DNA from: a bacterium
Lineage (GTDB): Bacteria; Omnitrophota; Gorgyraeia; Aquiviventales; Aquiviventaceae
Assembly (NCBI GenBank): GCA_036396895.1
Contig: DASWKB010000024.1
Coordinates: forward strand, 2,115 to 66,114
Length of the DNA stretch: 64,000 bases
Direction of reading: 5' to 3'
Position numbers and translations under genes: made by a program
Shown here: positions 42,989 to 51,753 of the stretch, one piece after another
Numbering within the stretch: position 1 is the stretch's first letter
Layout of the letters: every line of letters starts with the position of its first letter
Notes under the pieces: generated by a model
What the model was told of the DNA's origin: nothing
The model's database searches: none
Seen by the model: only the letters and a program-made list of their open reading frames with translations

Positions 42989-44897
42989 CCGCCGTCACTC
43001 CTCCCACATGCATCACATACTCCGCATCGATCGTGCGGCAGCCCGCTTCGGCCAGCAGGGCCTTGGCCGCGGCTTCCCGCCCCTGGCGCGGAAGCTCGAC
43101 CGCGGCGCGTATGCACCGCGCGAACGCGTCCGGTGCGGGGTCGGCGGTGTATCCGTTCACGCCGGAGTGGATCCACCGGTCCGTAATTCCGGGCAGCCGG
43201 CTCGCGACGACCGGCACCCCGCAGCACAGCGCCTCCAAGAGCGGAGTGCCGAGCCCGTCATGCACCGATGGGAACACGAACACGTCCGCCAGGCGATAGT
43301 ACGCTTCCGGGCGCTCCACAAAGCCCTCCTCGAACAGGACCCGCGAGCCGAGTCCGAGCTCCTCCGCCAACCCCTTCAGATCATCGATCAGCGGCCGATC
43401 CGGATCATCGACCGGCCCGCTGACCAGCAATCGAAACCGGTCTGGCAGATGGCGCATCGCGCGGATCGCCAGCGCCTTGTTCTTGCCCCTGATGTACTTC
43501 GACATTTCAACCAGCACGATGTCCTCCGCGCCGAAGCGCCCATCGGAGGCCCGAGCGGCTTCGCGCAGTGTCCAATCCACGTAGAACCTCCGCTCATCGA
43601 CCGGATTCGGCCGGCACCAGATCCTGCGGAACCCAAGTGCGGCCGCCCGCTCGGCCAGGCGGGGGGAAATCGCGACGATGAGACTCCGCGTCCGCTTGAG
43701 CACCGGGCCGACAAGCCAGCGCATGCCCGCGGGATCATCGGGCCGGCTGTCCATCGTCACCACCTCCCGCACGATAGTCCGGCCCGTGAGACCGGCCCAG
43801 ATGACGGCCGTGCCGCACACCCAGGATGAGCCGAGGACGTGAACGGCCCGCCATCGGCGTCCGAACCGGACGAGCCACAGCGCAGTCCGCGCGCATTCAT
43901 CGAGCCCCGACAGGGCGTACCACCAACGGCGGATCCACCGCGGAGGCCTCCCTTCGCGCCAGCCCACCCAGCGCTTGAATGGGCTGGAAATCTTGGCGAC
44001 GCGAACTCCATCCAACACGTAGCGGCGCGTCCGCCAGGACCATTCGAACGCCGAACTCGCCAGCACGGCCGTCTCGATTCCGTACTGCGCTTTGAGTCGC
44101 GCATACAGCCGGTGCATCCGCAATCCGGAGCCCGCATATTCCGGCGGGTACTTGCTGCTGACGACCAGCACGCGCGCGGCGCCGGGCTGCGGCGCCCGCG
44201 CCTGGACTGCCACGCGATAACGAAGCAGATACCACAGCGCCTTGATTCCATCGCTCATCCGGATCTTCTTTCCCTGCTTCCGAGTCCGCGGCGCGTAGCG
44301 CACCGGCACTTCCCTGGGGCGGATGCCCCGTCGCAGGAGCTTCGCCGTCATCTCGACTTCGAATTCAAACCCATGCGCGCCGACCGCCAACGTCTCAAGC
44401 GTGCCCCGGCGCACCGCTTTGTAGCACGTCTCCACATCGGACACCCGGGCGCCGTAGAGCAGCGTGGCCGTCAGGCTGATCATCTGATTCCCCAGCCGCC
44501 ACAATGCCGGCATCTCCGCGGCTCGGAAATCCCGCCGCCCGTACACCGCCTCCACGGCTGGATCCGAAAACGGCTCGAGGAGCGCCGGGTAGTCCTCCGG
44601 AAAGAGCTCGAGGTCCGCGTCCTGCACCAGGCACACATCACCCGTGGCGCGCCGATATCCCAACCGAACCGCGGCGCCCTTCCCCCGGTTGCAGTCGGCA
44701 TGCGCGACCACGATCTCCGCGCCCCCGCGCTCGCCTGCCAGCGCGTCCGCGGCTTCCCGCGTGCCGTCCGTGGAGCCGTCGTTCACGATGATGATCTCGC
44801 GCTCCCACCCTGGAAGCGCGACGCGCGCCACGCGCTCGACCACCGCCGAGAGGGTGTCTCGTTCGTTGAACACCGGAATGATCACGCTGAGCTTCAT
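42966..44897 (-). CDS. fusion protein: GT2 (DPM1-like) glycosyltransferase (N) plus GT4 glycosyltransferase (C)
   Basis: N-terminal half has MKLSVIIPVFNE, IVNDGSTDGT, QDADLE. C-terminal half has FPSVHDGLGTPLLEALCCGVPVVAS. ATG at 44897 forms an ATGA overlap with the upstream stop. Confidence 0.8.
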   Translation of the reverse strand: MKLSVIIPVFNERDTLSAVVERVARVALPGWEREIIIVNDGSTDGTREAADALAGERGGAEIVVAHADCNRGKGAAVRLGYRRATGDVCLVQDADLELFPEDYPALLEPFSDPAVEAVYGRRDFRAAEMPALWRLGNQMISLTATLLYGARVSDVETCYKAVRRGTLETLAVGAHGFEFEVEMTAKLLRRGIRPREVPVRYAPRTRKQGKKIRMSDGIKALWYLLRYRVAVQARAPQPGAARVLVVSSKYPPEYAGSGLRMHRLYARLKAQYGIETAVLASSAFEWSWRTRRYVLDGVRVAKISSPFKRWVGWREGRPPRWIRRWWYALSGLDECARTALWLVRFGRRWRAVHVLGSSWVCGTAVIWAGLTGRTIVREVVTMDSRPDDPAGMRWLVGPVLKRTRSLIVAISPRLAERAAALGFRRIWCRPNPVDERRFYVDWTLREAARASDGRFGAEDIVLVEMSKYIRGKNKALAIRAMRHLPDRFRLLVSGPVDDPDRPLIDDLKGLAEELGLGSRVLFEEGFVERPEAYYRLADVFVFPSVHDGLGTPLLEALCCGVPVVASRLPGITDRWIHSGVNGYTADPAPDAFARCIRAAVELPRQGREAAAKALLAEAGCRTIDAEYVMHVGGVTADGRRDGR

Positions 44898-46084
44898 GCC
44901 TCGTGTCCCCCGCCCGCCGGCCGCATCGCCCGGTCCAGCATGAGCCAGGCGCTGATGATCCACACGGGAGTCCAGACGATGAGGTACCGCGCGTCGGAGT
45001 CGACATGCGTCAGCGTATGGAACGCGCCAGCGGACAGCAGGATCGCGCCGCCGGCCCACGCCGCAGGAGGCAGTGCCGACAGACGCCGCCGGAAGCCGCG
45101 CCCGCGCAGCAGCCAGCCCGCGCCAATCACGGAAAGCAGCGAGAGGCTTCCGAAGTACACGGCGTTAAACGCCCGGTGACGGGAGGAATATTTCGGATAG
45201 ACCGGCACGAAATAGGCTCCCAGTTTTGCCGCAACATACCGCGCGCAATAGGCGGGATATGCCCCGCAGAGCTCGCCGACCGAGCGGTCTTTGGCCTCCC
45301 GTTCCGAAAACGGCACGTCGAGCGGCACCCCCATGTGCGGGTTCTGCAGGAGGTGTCCTCCCACGAATGTCCGCCGGGCGATGTCGGCGTGCTCCGCATG
45401 CTTGACCTGGCCTGCCGCCAGCCAACAGCCTACCCAGGCCCCGAACCCCGCGCACAAGGCAAGCAACCCCCAGCGCACCCGCCGGTCCCGGCTCGCGAGC
45501 GCAAACGCCGCCACGCCGGGAAACACGAGCAGTCCCGTCGGGCGCGTGTAGACCACGCTGTACAAGAGCGCCGCCACCGAGACCCACCAGAGAGCCGAAG
45601 CGCGCGCGGCGGCGAGCAGGGCCAACAGCAGCGCCACTTGGATGAGAAAGAGCCCGTCGCTCAGCACGAACCACGCCCACTTGTATAGCTCGGGGTTCGC
45701 TCCGATGAATGCCAGCGCCCCCAGGCGCGCCCACGGGCCGGCCCCGGAGCGCCGAAGGACCGAGTCCGATAGCCACGGCAGCAGCGCAGTCAAGGCCACC
45801 GTTGCCGCCACGAACCCGCGCGGGCCGAGCCATCGCATCCACACCGTCGTCATGTGCGCGCCCTGGTAGCGCGGCTGGTAGAGGCTCTCGAAGGACATGG
45901 CCTGCCGGCCCACCTGCTCGACGCGGATCAGGTAGTCCTTCGTGTCTCCGCCGCTCCGGATGCCGCGGTAATAGCTCCCGATGGCCATCGTCCAGGCGAC
46001 ACCCACCGCCAGCGCAACCCACGGCAGGCCGCGCCCAAGCGGATGGTCCCGGCGTCCGAGCCCGCTCACGCGACGCCCGCCCAT
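44894..46084 (-). CDS. polytopic membrane protein of unknown function
   Basis: About 10 hydrophobic spans by eye. Start ambiguous (ATG at 46084 or GTG at 46069). No motif recognised. Confidence 0.5.
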   Translation of the reverse strand: MGGRRVSGLGRRDHPLGRGLPWVALAVGVAWTMAIGSYYRGIRSGGDTKDYLIRVEQVGRQAMSFESLYQPRYQGAHMTTVWMRWLGPRGFVAATVALTALLPWLSDSVLRRSGAGPWARLGALAFIGANPELYKWAWFVLSDGLFLIQVALLLALLAAARASALWWVSVAALLYSVVYTRPTGLLVFPGVAAFALASRDRRVRWGLLALCAGFGAWVGCWLAAGQVKHAEHADIARRTFVGGHLLQNPHMGVPLDVPFSEREAKDRSVGELCGAYPAYCARYVAAKLGAYFVPVYPKYSSRHRAFNAVYFGSLSLLSVIGAGWLLRGRGFRRRLSALPPAAWAGGAILLSAGAFHTLTHVDSDARYLIVWTPVWIISAWLMLDRAMRPAGGGHEA

Positions 46085-48120
46085 GTCTCGAACAGCCGGT
46101 CCCAGCGCTCCATGACCGGAAACACCCGCAGCCGCCGCCATCCCGGATGATGCAGCATGAGCGGCGCCGCATCCGTCAGCTGGCGGACCCACCACATGAA
46201 CACAAGCGGCTCCCGCCACGCCTGATTGAGGCCGAGCCGGTCGAGGTGATCCGCCCACAGCGCCGCAACCGGCCCATCGAGAAACATCTCAGGGTAGCCC
46301 GGGAACTTCACCCCCGCGGGGTCGATGCCGCGCGCGCGCAGCGCGGCGGTCACGTCGGGGCGGAACGCGCATCCGAGGAACGTCACCGCGTCCAGCCCCG
46401 GCAGTCCCTCGGGCTCGAACAGCTCCCAGTCATGGACCGACAGCAGCCGCCCGCTCCCGCGTTCGACCAGGCAGTTCTCCGGCACGAAGTCGCCGTGCCT
46501 CGGCGCAACACGAATCGGCAGCCCCAGCATGCGCGCGCGCATCCAGGCGAGCCGGTCCTCGAACCATCCTCGCCGGCGGTCCCACTCCTCGGCGGTGAAC
46601 CACATCCTCAGCGACGCGACCGGCTGCGCGACGGCGCGCTCGAAGGCCCGCTCGTCCATCGGGCGCATCCCGCCGGGGACCGCCGCGCTCAGCGTTTCGA
46701 GGAATTCAAGCGCGTCCGCGCACAGCCGCCGGCGCGTCCGCATGGACCGGATCACGTCCCCTCCGCCGGATCCGCTCGCGCAGAGTTCCACGCCGTACAC
46801 GAGTCCGTCGTGCTCGCCCACTCGTTCCGCCTGTGGCAGCCGCGAGGCCACGAGCTCCGGCCACACCCGCGCGCGCATCCACTCCAGGGCGTCATGATGA
46901 GCCCGGATCCATCTGCCCGCCTGCGGGACGAGGCCGATGCGGACGATTCGGCGCGGCCCCCGCCGCGGGCGCACGCGCACGACCGCCTTGCCCGTTGAGG
47001 TCACGCGGAAGAGCGCGCCGTCCAGCCGCCAGTCCCCCCCGCCGCCGCACGCGCGCCGCAGCACGCCGAGAAGCGGGGACTCCCGAGGCACCCGCGAGCC
47101 GGTGATGCCGAACGCCGGCGCAAACCATCGTCCCGGCCGCCGCGCAGCCGGGTGCCGACTCGACACGGGCGTCTCCGGGCGCGCGTCCGCCGGCCAGACC
47201 GCGACGATCGAGCCGTAGTGCGGCCAAGTGACGTACCAGCGCCCCCGGTCGAATCCCGCCTGCTGCAGCAGCTTCCGGTACCCCCGCACGCTGTACGTGT
47301 ACTGCCGGAACGGCGTTCCGCGGCGCCGCCTCAGGTACCAGTCGGTCACCGCCCGCGGAAGGAGCGCCGCGAAGCGCATCCGGACGTGCCCTTCCGGCAC
47401 GCCGAGGAAATATTTGTAATTGATGCGGTTCTCGATGCCGATGTAGACCGAGCCGTCAGGACGCAGGACCCGGGCCACTTCGCGAAGAAAACGGCGCTGA
47501 ATGTCTTCAGGGTCCCCCTCCGCGTGCGTGGCGATCCACTCGAACACGCCGTTCAGAATGACGGTGTCGAATGACTCATCCGGGAACGGCAGAGCCGCGC
47601 GCTCGCCGCCCTGAACGACGCGGAGCGTCTCCAGGCCCCGTTCGCGGGCCGACCCGCGAACCCACCGCACGTGCATCGGCGCCTGATCCAGCGCGGTCAC
47701 GAGCGCGCCCCGCTCTGCCAGGTGCAGCGAGATCGTGCCCCACCCGCACCCGACATCCAGCACCCGCGTCCCGGGCCCCGTCTGCACGAGGAGCTCAAGC
47801 GCCAGGCGGCGCACCCCGAGCGTACGCTGCCAGATGAGCTCGGCTTCCCGCAGCGGCACGTCGTCGCAGAGGCGGAACATGGCATCCCGCCATCCGAGCA
47901 CGTCGGCTTCGTGCGCCATGCGCGCCATCCGGGCGGCCGGCACTCCCCAGTCGAACACGCGCGAGGGCTCCCCGAACATCGGCACCCCGTCTGCGACCGG
48001 ATAGATCCTGGCGCATCCGGCGCAGGTCAACGACGCCGCGTCGTCCCAGGCCACGGCGCCGTGGCAGGACGGACAGGCCAGCTCAGTTGGCGAGAACGGG
48101 TTCAGCGAGGTCTCGAGCAT
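46066..48120 (-). CDS. WbdD-like bifunctional protein: Trm112-like zinc ribbon, SAM methyltransferase and APH/protein-kinase-like phosphotransferase
   Basis: CPSCHG...CAGCARIYPVADGVPMF, VLDVGCGWGT, then HGDFVPENCLV and VHDWE kinase catalytic motifs. Confidence 0.75.
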   Translation of the reverse strand: MLETSLNPFSPTELACPSCHGAVAWDDAASLTCAGCARIYPVADGVPMFGEPSRVFDWGVPAARMARMAHEADVLGWRDAMFRLCDDVPLREAELIWQRTLGVRRLALELLVQTGPGTRVLDVGCGWGTISLHLAERGALVTALDQAPMHVRWVRGSARERGLETLRVVQGGERAALPFPDESFDTVILNGVFEWIATHAEGDPEDIQRRFLREVARVLRPDGSVYIGIENRINYKYFLGVPEGHVRMRFAALLPRAVTDWYLRRRRGTPFRQYTYSVRGYRKLLQQAGFDRGRWYVTWPHYGSIVAVWPADARPETPVSSRHPAARRPGRWFAPAFGITGSRVPRESPLLGVLRRACGGGGDWRLDGALFRVTSTGKAVVRVRPRRGPRRIVRIGLVPQAGRWIRAHHDALEWMRARVWPELVASRLPQAERVGEHDGLVYGVELCASGSGGGDVIRSMRTRRRLCADALEFLETLSAAVPGGMRPMDERAFERAVAQPVASLRMWFTAEEWDRRRGWFEDRLAWMRARMLGLPIRVAPRHGDFVPENCLVERGSGRLLSVHDWELFEPEGLPGLDAVTFLGCAFRPDVTAALRARGIDPAGVKFPGYPEMFLDGPVAALWADHLDRLGLNQAWREPLVFMWWVRQLTDAAPLMLHHPGWRRLRVFPVMERWDRLFETWAGVA

Positions 48121-49927
48121 CCGACTTCTCCGGCATCGCGCCGGTCACAAACGCCTCCAGGATCGCCAGGCGCACGGCGATCAGCTGCCAGCCGTGCTCT
48201 GACCGGCGCGCCCACACGGCACGCGCGGACGCGGGATCGACGCCCGGCGGGCGCGGAGGGCGCTGCGGTCCGTCCGCCAGAAGCCGCGCGGGCGGATACA
48301 TGAAACCCGACTTCGGGAATTCCGTCAGCCGCGAGGGCACGTACCGCGCAAGCAGGCGCCGCAGCACCGATTTCTGTCCGAAGGCCGCGAACGCGCGCTG
48401 ATCCTCCGCCGAGACGGTTTCGAGGAGCGCCCGGCTCAGGAACGGCGTCCGCACCTCGAGGCTTGCGCGCATGCTCCCCCGCTCCATGGCGGGGATGTAG
48501 CTGCCCGGCATGGTGCAGTCGAGATCGAACTGTCTCGCCGCAACCATGAGCGGCTGCCGCGAGTCGGGAAACCAGCGCTGGGCCATCGTTTCGAATCCCG
48601 GCTGAGTCCGCAGCCACGGCGCCGTGCGTCCGTGTTTCACCGCCAGCACGCGGGCAGCATCGCCGGCGCCGAGCAGCGCCGAGGCCGTCCTGAGCGTCCC
48701 GGACCGCGCGAGCGGCCCGCGGACCATGCCGCCGAGCGCCTGCCTAAGCGCCGCGGGCAGGGCCAGGGCCGCGCGCATGCGATAGAGCACCTGATAGCGC
48801 CCGTACCCGTAGAAGAGCTCATCGCCGCCCATGCCGCACAATGCGACCGTCATGCGCGACACCGCCGCCGAGGCGATCTGATGCACGGACGCCGCCGTCA
48901 GGTTATCGTTCAATTCCCCGTACAGCGCGAGCACCGATGCGCCCGAGGCGCGGAACCGCTCCGCACGGCTGTCCACGATTTCGTGCGGCGTCTCGAGATG
49001 CCGCGCGATCGCCGCCGCGCGCGCCGACTCATCCCGGCCGTCCGGAAACGCCACGGTCAGCGCCAGCGGGCGCAGCTTCAGCTCCCGCACGGCGAGCGCG
49101 GCCACGAGGGCGGAATCGACGCCCGCCGAGAGAAAGATGCCCAGCGGCACGTCGGCGTACACCCGCCGCCTGAGCGACGCAACGAGCGCGTCTGCGATCC
49201 GGTCCAGCGTCCGTTCCGGCAGCGGCCGAACGGGGCCGCGCCCCCAGAGCGGCTCAGGCGCCCGCCAGTACCGCCGCCGGCTGACGAGGGCCCCGCGTTC
49301 GATGACGACGTGCATCCCCGGGCCCAGCCGCTCCAGGCCCGCGTACCCCGTCCCCGGCGGCGGCACGAAGCCCAGGCACAGGTACGCCGTCGTCTCCTCG
49401 GCCGACAGGCGCTTCGGCAGGCCGAGCCGCGCCGCGAGCGGCCCCGGTTCCGATGAGACATGGACGCCCTCGGGCGTTTCGGCAAGATACAAGGGCTTCT
49501 CCCCGAAGGGGTCCGTGACCAGGTGCACCCGGCGCCCGTCGAAGAGCGCGAACGCCATCATGCCGTCGAAGCGCTCCAGCGCCTCCGGGCCCCAGCGCCG
49601 CCATGCCTCCAGGACGACTTCCGTGTCGCCCGTCGTCGAGCAGCGCACGCCCTGCGCGGCCAGCTCCTCACGGAGCTCGCGGAAGTTGTACAGCTCGCCG
49701 TTGTACGCGAGCGCCCAGCCGTCGCGCACGAACGGCTGGCGGCTTGCAGGCGACGGGTCGATCACGGCGAGGCGGGCGTGCCCGAACACGACGCCCGAGT
49801 CGCGGTCGGCCCATTCGCCCGCATCGTCCGGCCCCCGATGGCGCAAGGCGGCGATGCCCGCGCGCGACGCCCTGAGGTCCGCCTCCTCGAGCGGACGCCT
49901 GAGCATGAGGCCCACGATCCCGCACAT
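48083..49927 (-). CDS. asparagine synthase-family glutamine amidotransferase (AsnB-type), copy 2
   Basis: MCGIVG from the ATG at 49927, GELYNF, and SAGVDSA PP-loop. Confidence 0.9.
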   Translation of the reverse strand: MCGIVGLMLRRPLEEADLRASRAGIAALRHRGPDDAGEWADRDSGVVFGHARLAVIDPSPASRQPFVRDGWALAYNGELYNFRELREELAAQGVRCSTTGDTEVVLEAWRRWGPEALERFDGMMAFALFDGRRVHLVTDPFGEKPLYLAETPEGVHVSSEPGPLAARLGLPKRLSAEETTAYLCLGFVPPPGTGYAGLERLGPGMHVVIERGALVSRRRYWRAPEPLWGRGPVRPLPERTLDRIADALVASLRRRVYADVPLGIFLSAGVDSALVAALAVRELKLRPLALTVAFPDGRDESARAAAIARHLETPHEIVDSRAERFRASGASVLALYGELNDNLTAASVHQIASAAVSRMTVALCGMGGDELFYGYGRYQVLYRMRAALALPAALRQALGGMVRGPLARSGTLRTASALLGAGDAARVLAVKHGRTAPWLRTQPGFETMAQRWFPDSRQPLMVAARQFDLDCTMPGSYIPAMERGSMRASLEVRTPFLSRALLETVSAEDQRAFAAFGQKSVLRRLLARYVPSRLTEFPKSGFMYPPARLLADGPQRPPRPPGVDPASARAVWARRSEHGWQLIAVRLAILEAFVTGAMPEKSDARDLAEPVLAN

Positions 49928-49929
49928 CC

Positions 49930-51753
49930 TCACGACCCCCTGAAGAACTCGTTCAGCGTCACCACCGTCGCCATGAGATCGCCGCCGCCCGCGGGCGCCT
50001 CGAGCCGCCGCTCGAGATCCGCGCCCAGCACGGCGAGATCCAGAAACGGCGCGTGCGCGGCCAGCACCTCCGAGCGCGCGGCGTCACGGACGGCCCGCCG
50101 CAGGCGGGGATCCTCGCGGAACAGGCGGTCGCGGTCCGGCCAGGTCCGGTCCGCCGCCTGCGGGTGCCGCGCGCCCCGCAGCCGCCGCCAAGCGTGCGCC
50201 GCGGTCAGCGACAAGGGCGAGCTGTCGATCCGGAGCCCCGTGTTCGCGCTCGGCAGCGCGGCCAGTCTCGCATCGAGCCGCCGGAGCGCCCGGCGCAGCA
50301 CGCGCGCCGCAAGCCGGTACCGCTCGGGCATCGAGAGGTACAGCGCGAACACGTCGTTGTCGAACGTGAGCGTGCGCTGCTCGCCGCAGGTGCCGATGCT
50401 GGACACGTTCGGGTTCGTGTAGTGCCGCGAGAGCGCGTGCATCAGCAGGTACTCCCACAGGTCGAAGGGCGTGCGCGCCCACGGGCGCGCGCGCGCGATG
50501 ACGTCCTCGACCGACTGCCGCAGCGCATCCGTCAAGCGGGCCCTCCAGGCGGGACGGACATAGCGCAGCAGATCCGTCCGCTTGAGCCGGTAGCTGATCC
50601 GGCGCAGGAACGCCTCCGCGAGATCGCCGCGGGGCGCCTCGAGCCGCCGGATGAACGTCCGGCGGCCGAACGCCTCCAGATACCGCACAGGCAGATACAT
50701 GCCCTGGAACATGTAATCCAGCCCGTGGCCATGCAGCACGACGTCGGCGAGCGGCGCGACCTGATCGCGCAGGCCGAGAAACAGCGCGTGGTCGAACGCG
50801 TACATGCCTCCGCAGAGCTTCGACGCGTCATCCAGGATGCGGCCGTAGTGGCCGACCGGAAGGACGATGAGCGTGTGCGGCGCCCCGCGAGCCGCGGCCA
50901 CGGTCCGCGCGATCTCGCCCTCCCGGTTCTCCGAAAACGCGACCGTCACGCATGAGACCGTCCGCGCCCCGCAGGCCGCCAGCACCGTGCGCGTGTCCAT
51001 CCCGCCGCTGAGGAACAGGCCCAGCCGCGGCCCGTCGCTTGTCTTTCGCTCAAGCGCCCGCGCCAGGCGCCCGATCAGCGCGTCGGCCGCCGCGTCGAGC
51101 GACGGGTAGGCCGTCTTCGCGAAGTCGGGCCGCCAATACGCTTCGAGCGTCGTGGCGGCCCCGTCTGCCGTCAGCAGCGTCGCCGCAGGGAGGAACCGAG
51201 AAGCCGAATCATAGGTCTTCTCCCCCAGCAGGCGCTGCAGCCACATGAACTCGAAAACCGACTCTTCCCGGGTCCGCCTGGCCCCGGCCTCGCCGAGCGC
51301 GAGCCACAGATCGGCATAGGCAAGCGAGCCCAGCAGGCGCTCTCCCAGCCGCGCGTAGTAAAACGGGATGGAGGCGTACCGGTCGTTCACGACGCGAAGG
51401 CGCCGCCGGGTAAGGTCCGCGTGCACGATGAGAAACTCGCCGTTCAACTCCGCGAGGTCCCGCGACGGATGCTCACGCGACAGGAACCACCGGGCGGCGC
51501 CGGCGCGGTCGATCCGCTCTCCCAAGACGGGATTGCCGAATACCAGGACGACATCCGTCCCGGCTTCGACGATCGCGGGCGCGGGCCGGCACCCGCGCCA
51601 GTGCATCGCGAGCCCGCCGGCCGGCCGGGGCCAATCGCCCCGTTCGACGATCTCAACCTCCGCGCCCGCGGGGGACCAGCCGAGCTGGACCTGCGGGCGA
51701 AGCACGTGCGTGTCAGGTCGCGCAGGCGCGCCGGCCTCCGCCGTCGTGATCAT
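49930..51753 (-). CDS. AsnB-like synthetase-domain protein lacking the N-terminal Cys nucleophile, copy 3
   Basis: SGGMDTR PP-loop and glutaminase-domain remnants (NGEFLIV, NDRYASIPFYY), but it starts MITTAEAG. ATG at 51753 forms an ATGA overlap with the ABC gene stop. Confidence 0.75.
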   Translation of the reverse strand: MITTAEAGAPARPDTHVLRPQVQLGWSPAGAEVEIVERGDWPRPAGGLAMHWRGCRPAPAIVEAGTDVVLVFGNPVLGERIDRAGAARWFLSREHPSRDLAELNGEFLIVHADLTRRRLRVVNDRYASIPFYYARLGERLLGSLAYADLWLALGEAGARRTREESVFEFMWLQRLLGEKTYDSASRFLPAATLLTADGAATTLEAYWRPDFAKTAYPSLDAAADALIGRLARALERKTSDGPRLGLFLSGGMDTRTVLAACGARTVSCVTVAFSENREGEIARTVAAARGAPHTLIVLPVGHYGRILDDASKLCGGMYAFDHALFLGLRDQVAPLADVVLHGHGLDYMFQGMYLPVRYLEAFGRRTFIRRLEAPRGDLAEAFLRRISYRLKRTDLLRYVRPAWRARLTDALRQSVEDVIARARPWARTPFDLWEYLLMHALSRHYTNPNVSSIGTCGEQRTLTFDNDVFALYLSMPERYRLAARVLRRALRRLDARLAALPSANTGLRIDSSPLSLTAAHAWRRLRGARHPQAADRTWPDRDRLFREDPRLRRAVRDAARSEVLAAHAPFLDLAVLGADLERRLEAPAGGGDLMATVVTLNEFFRGS

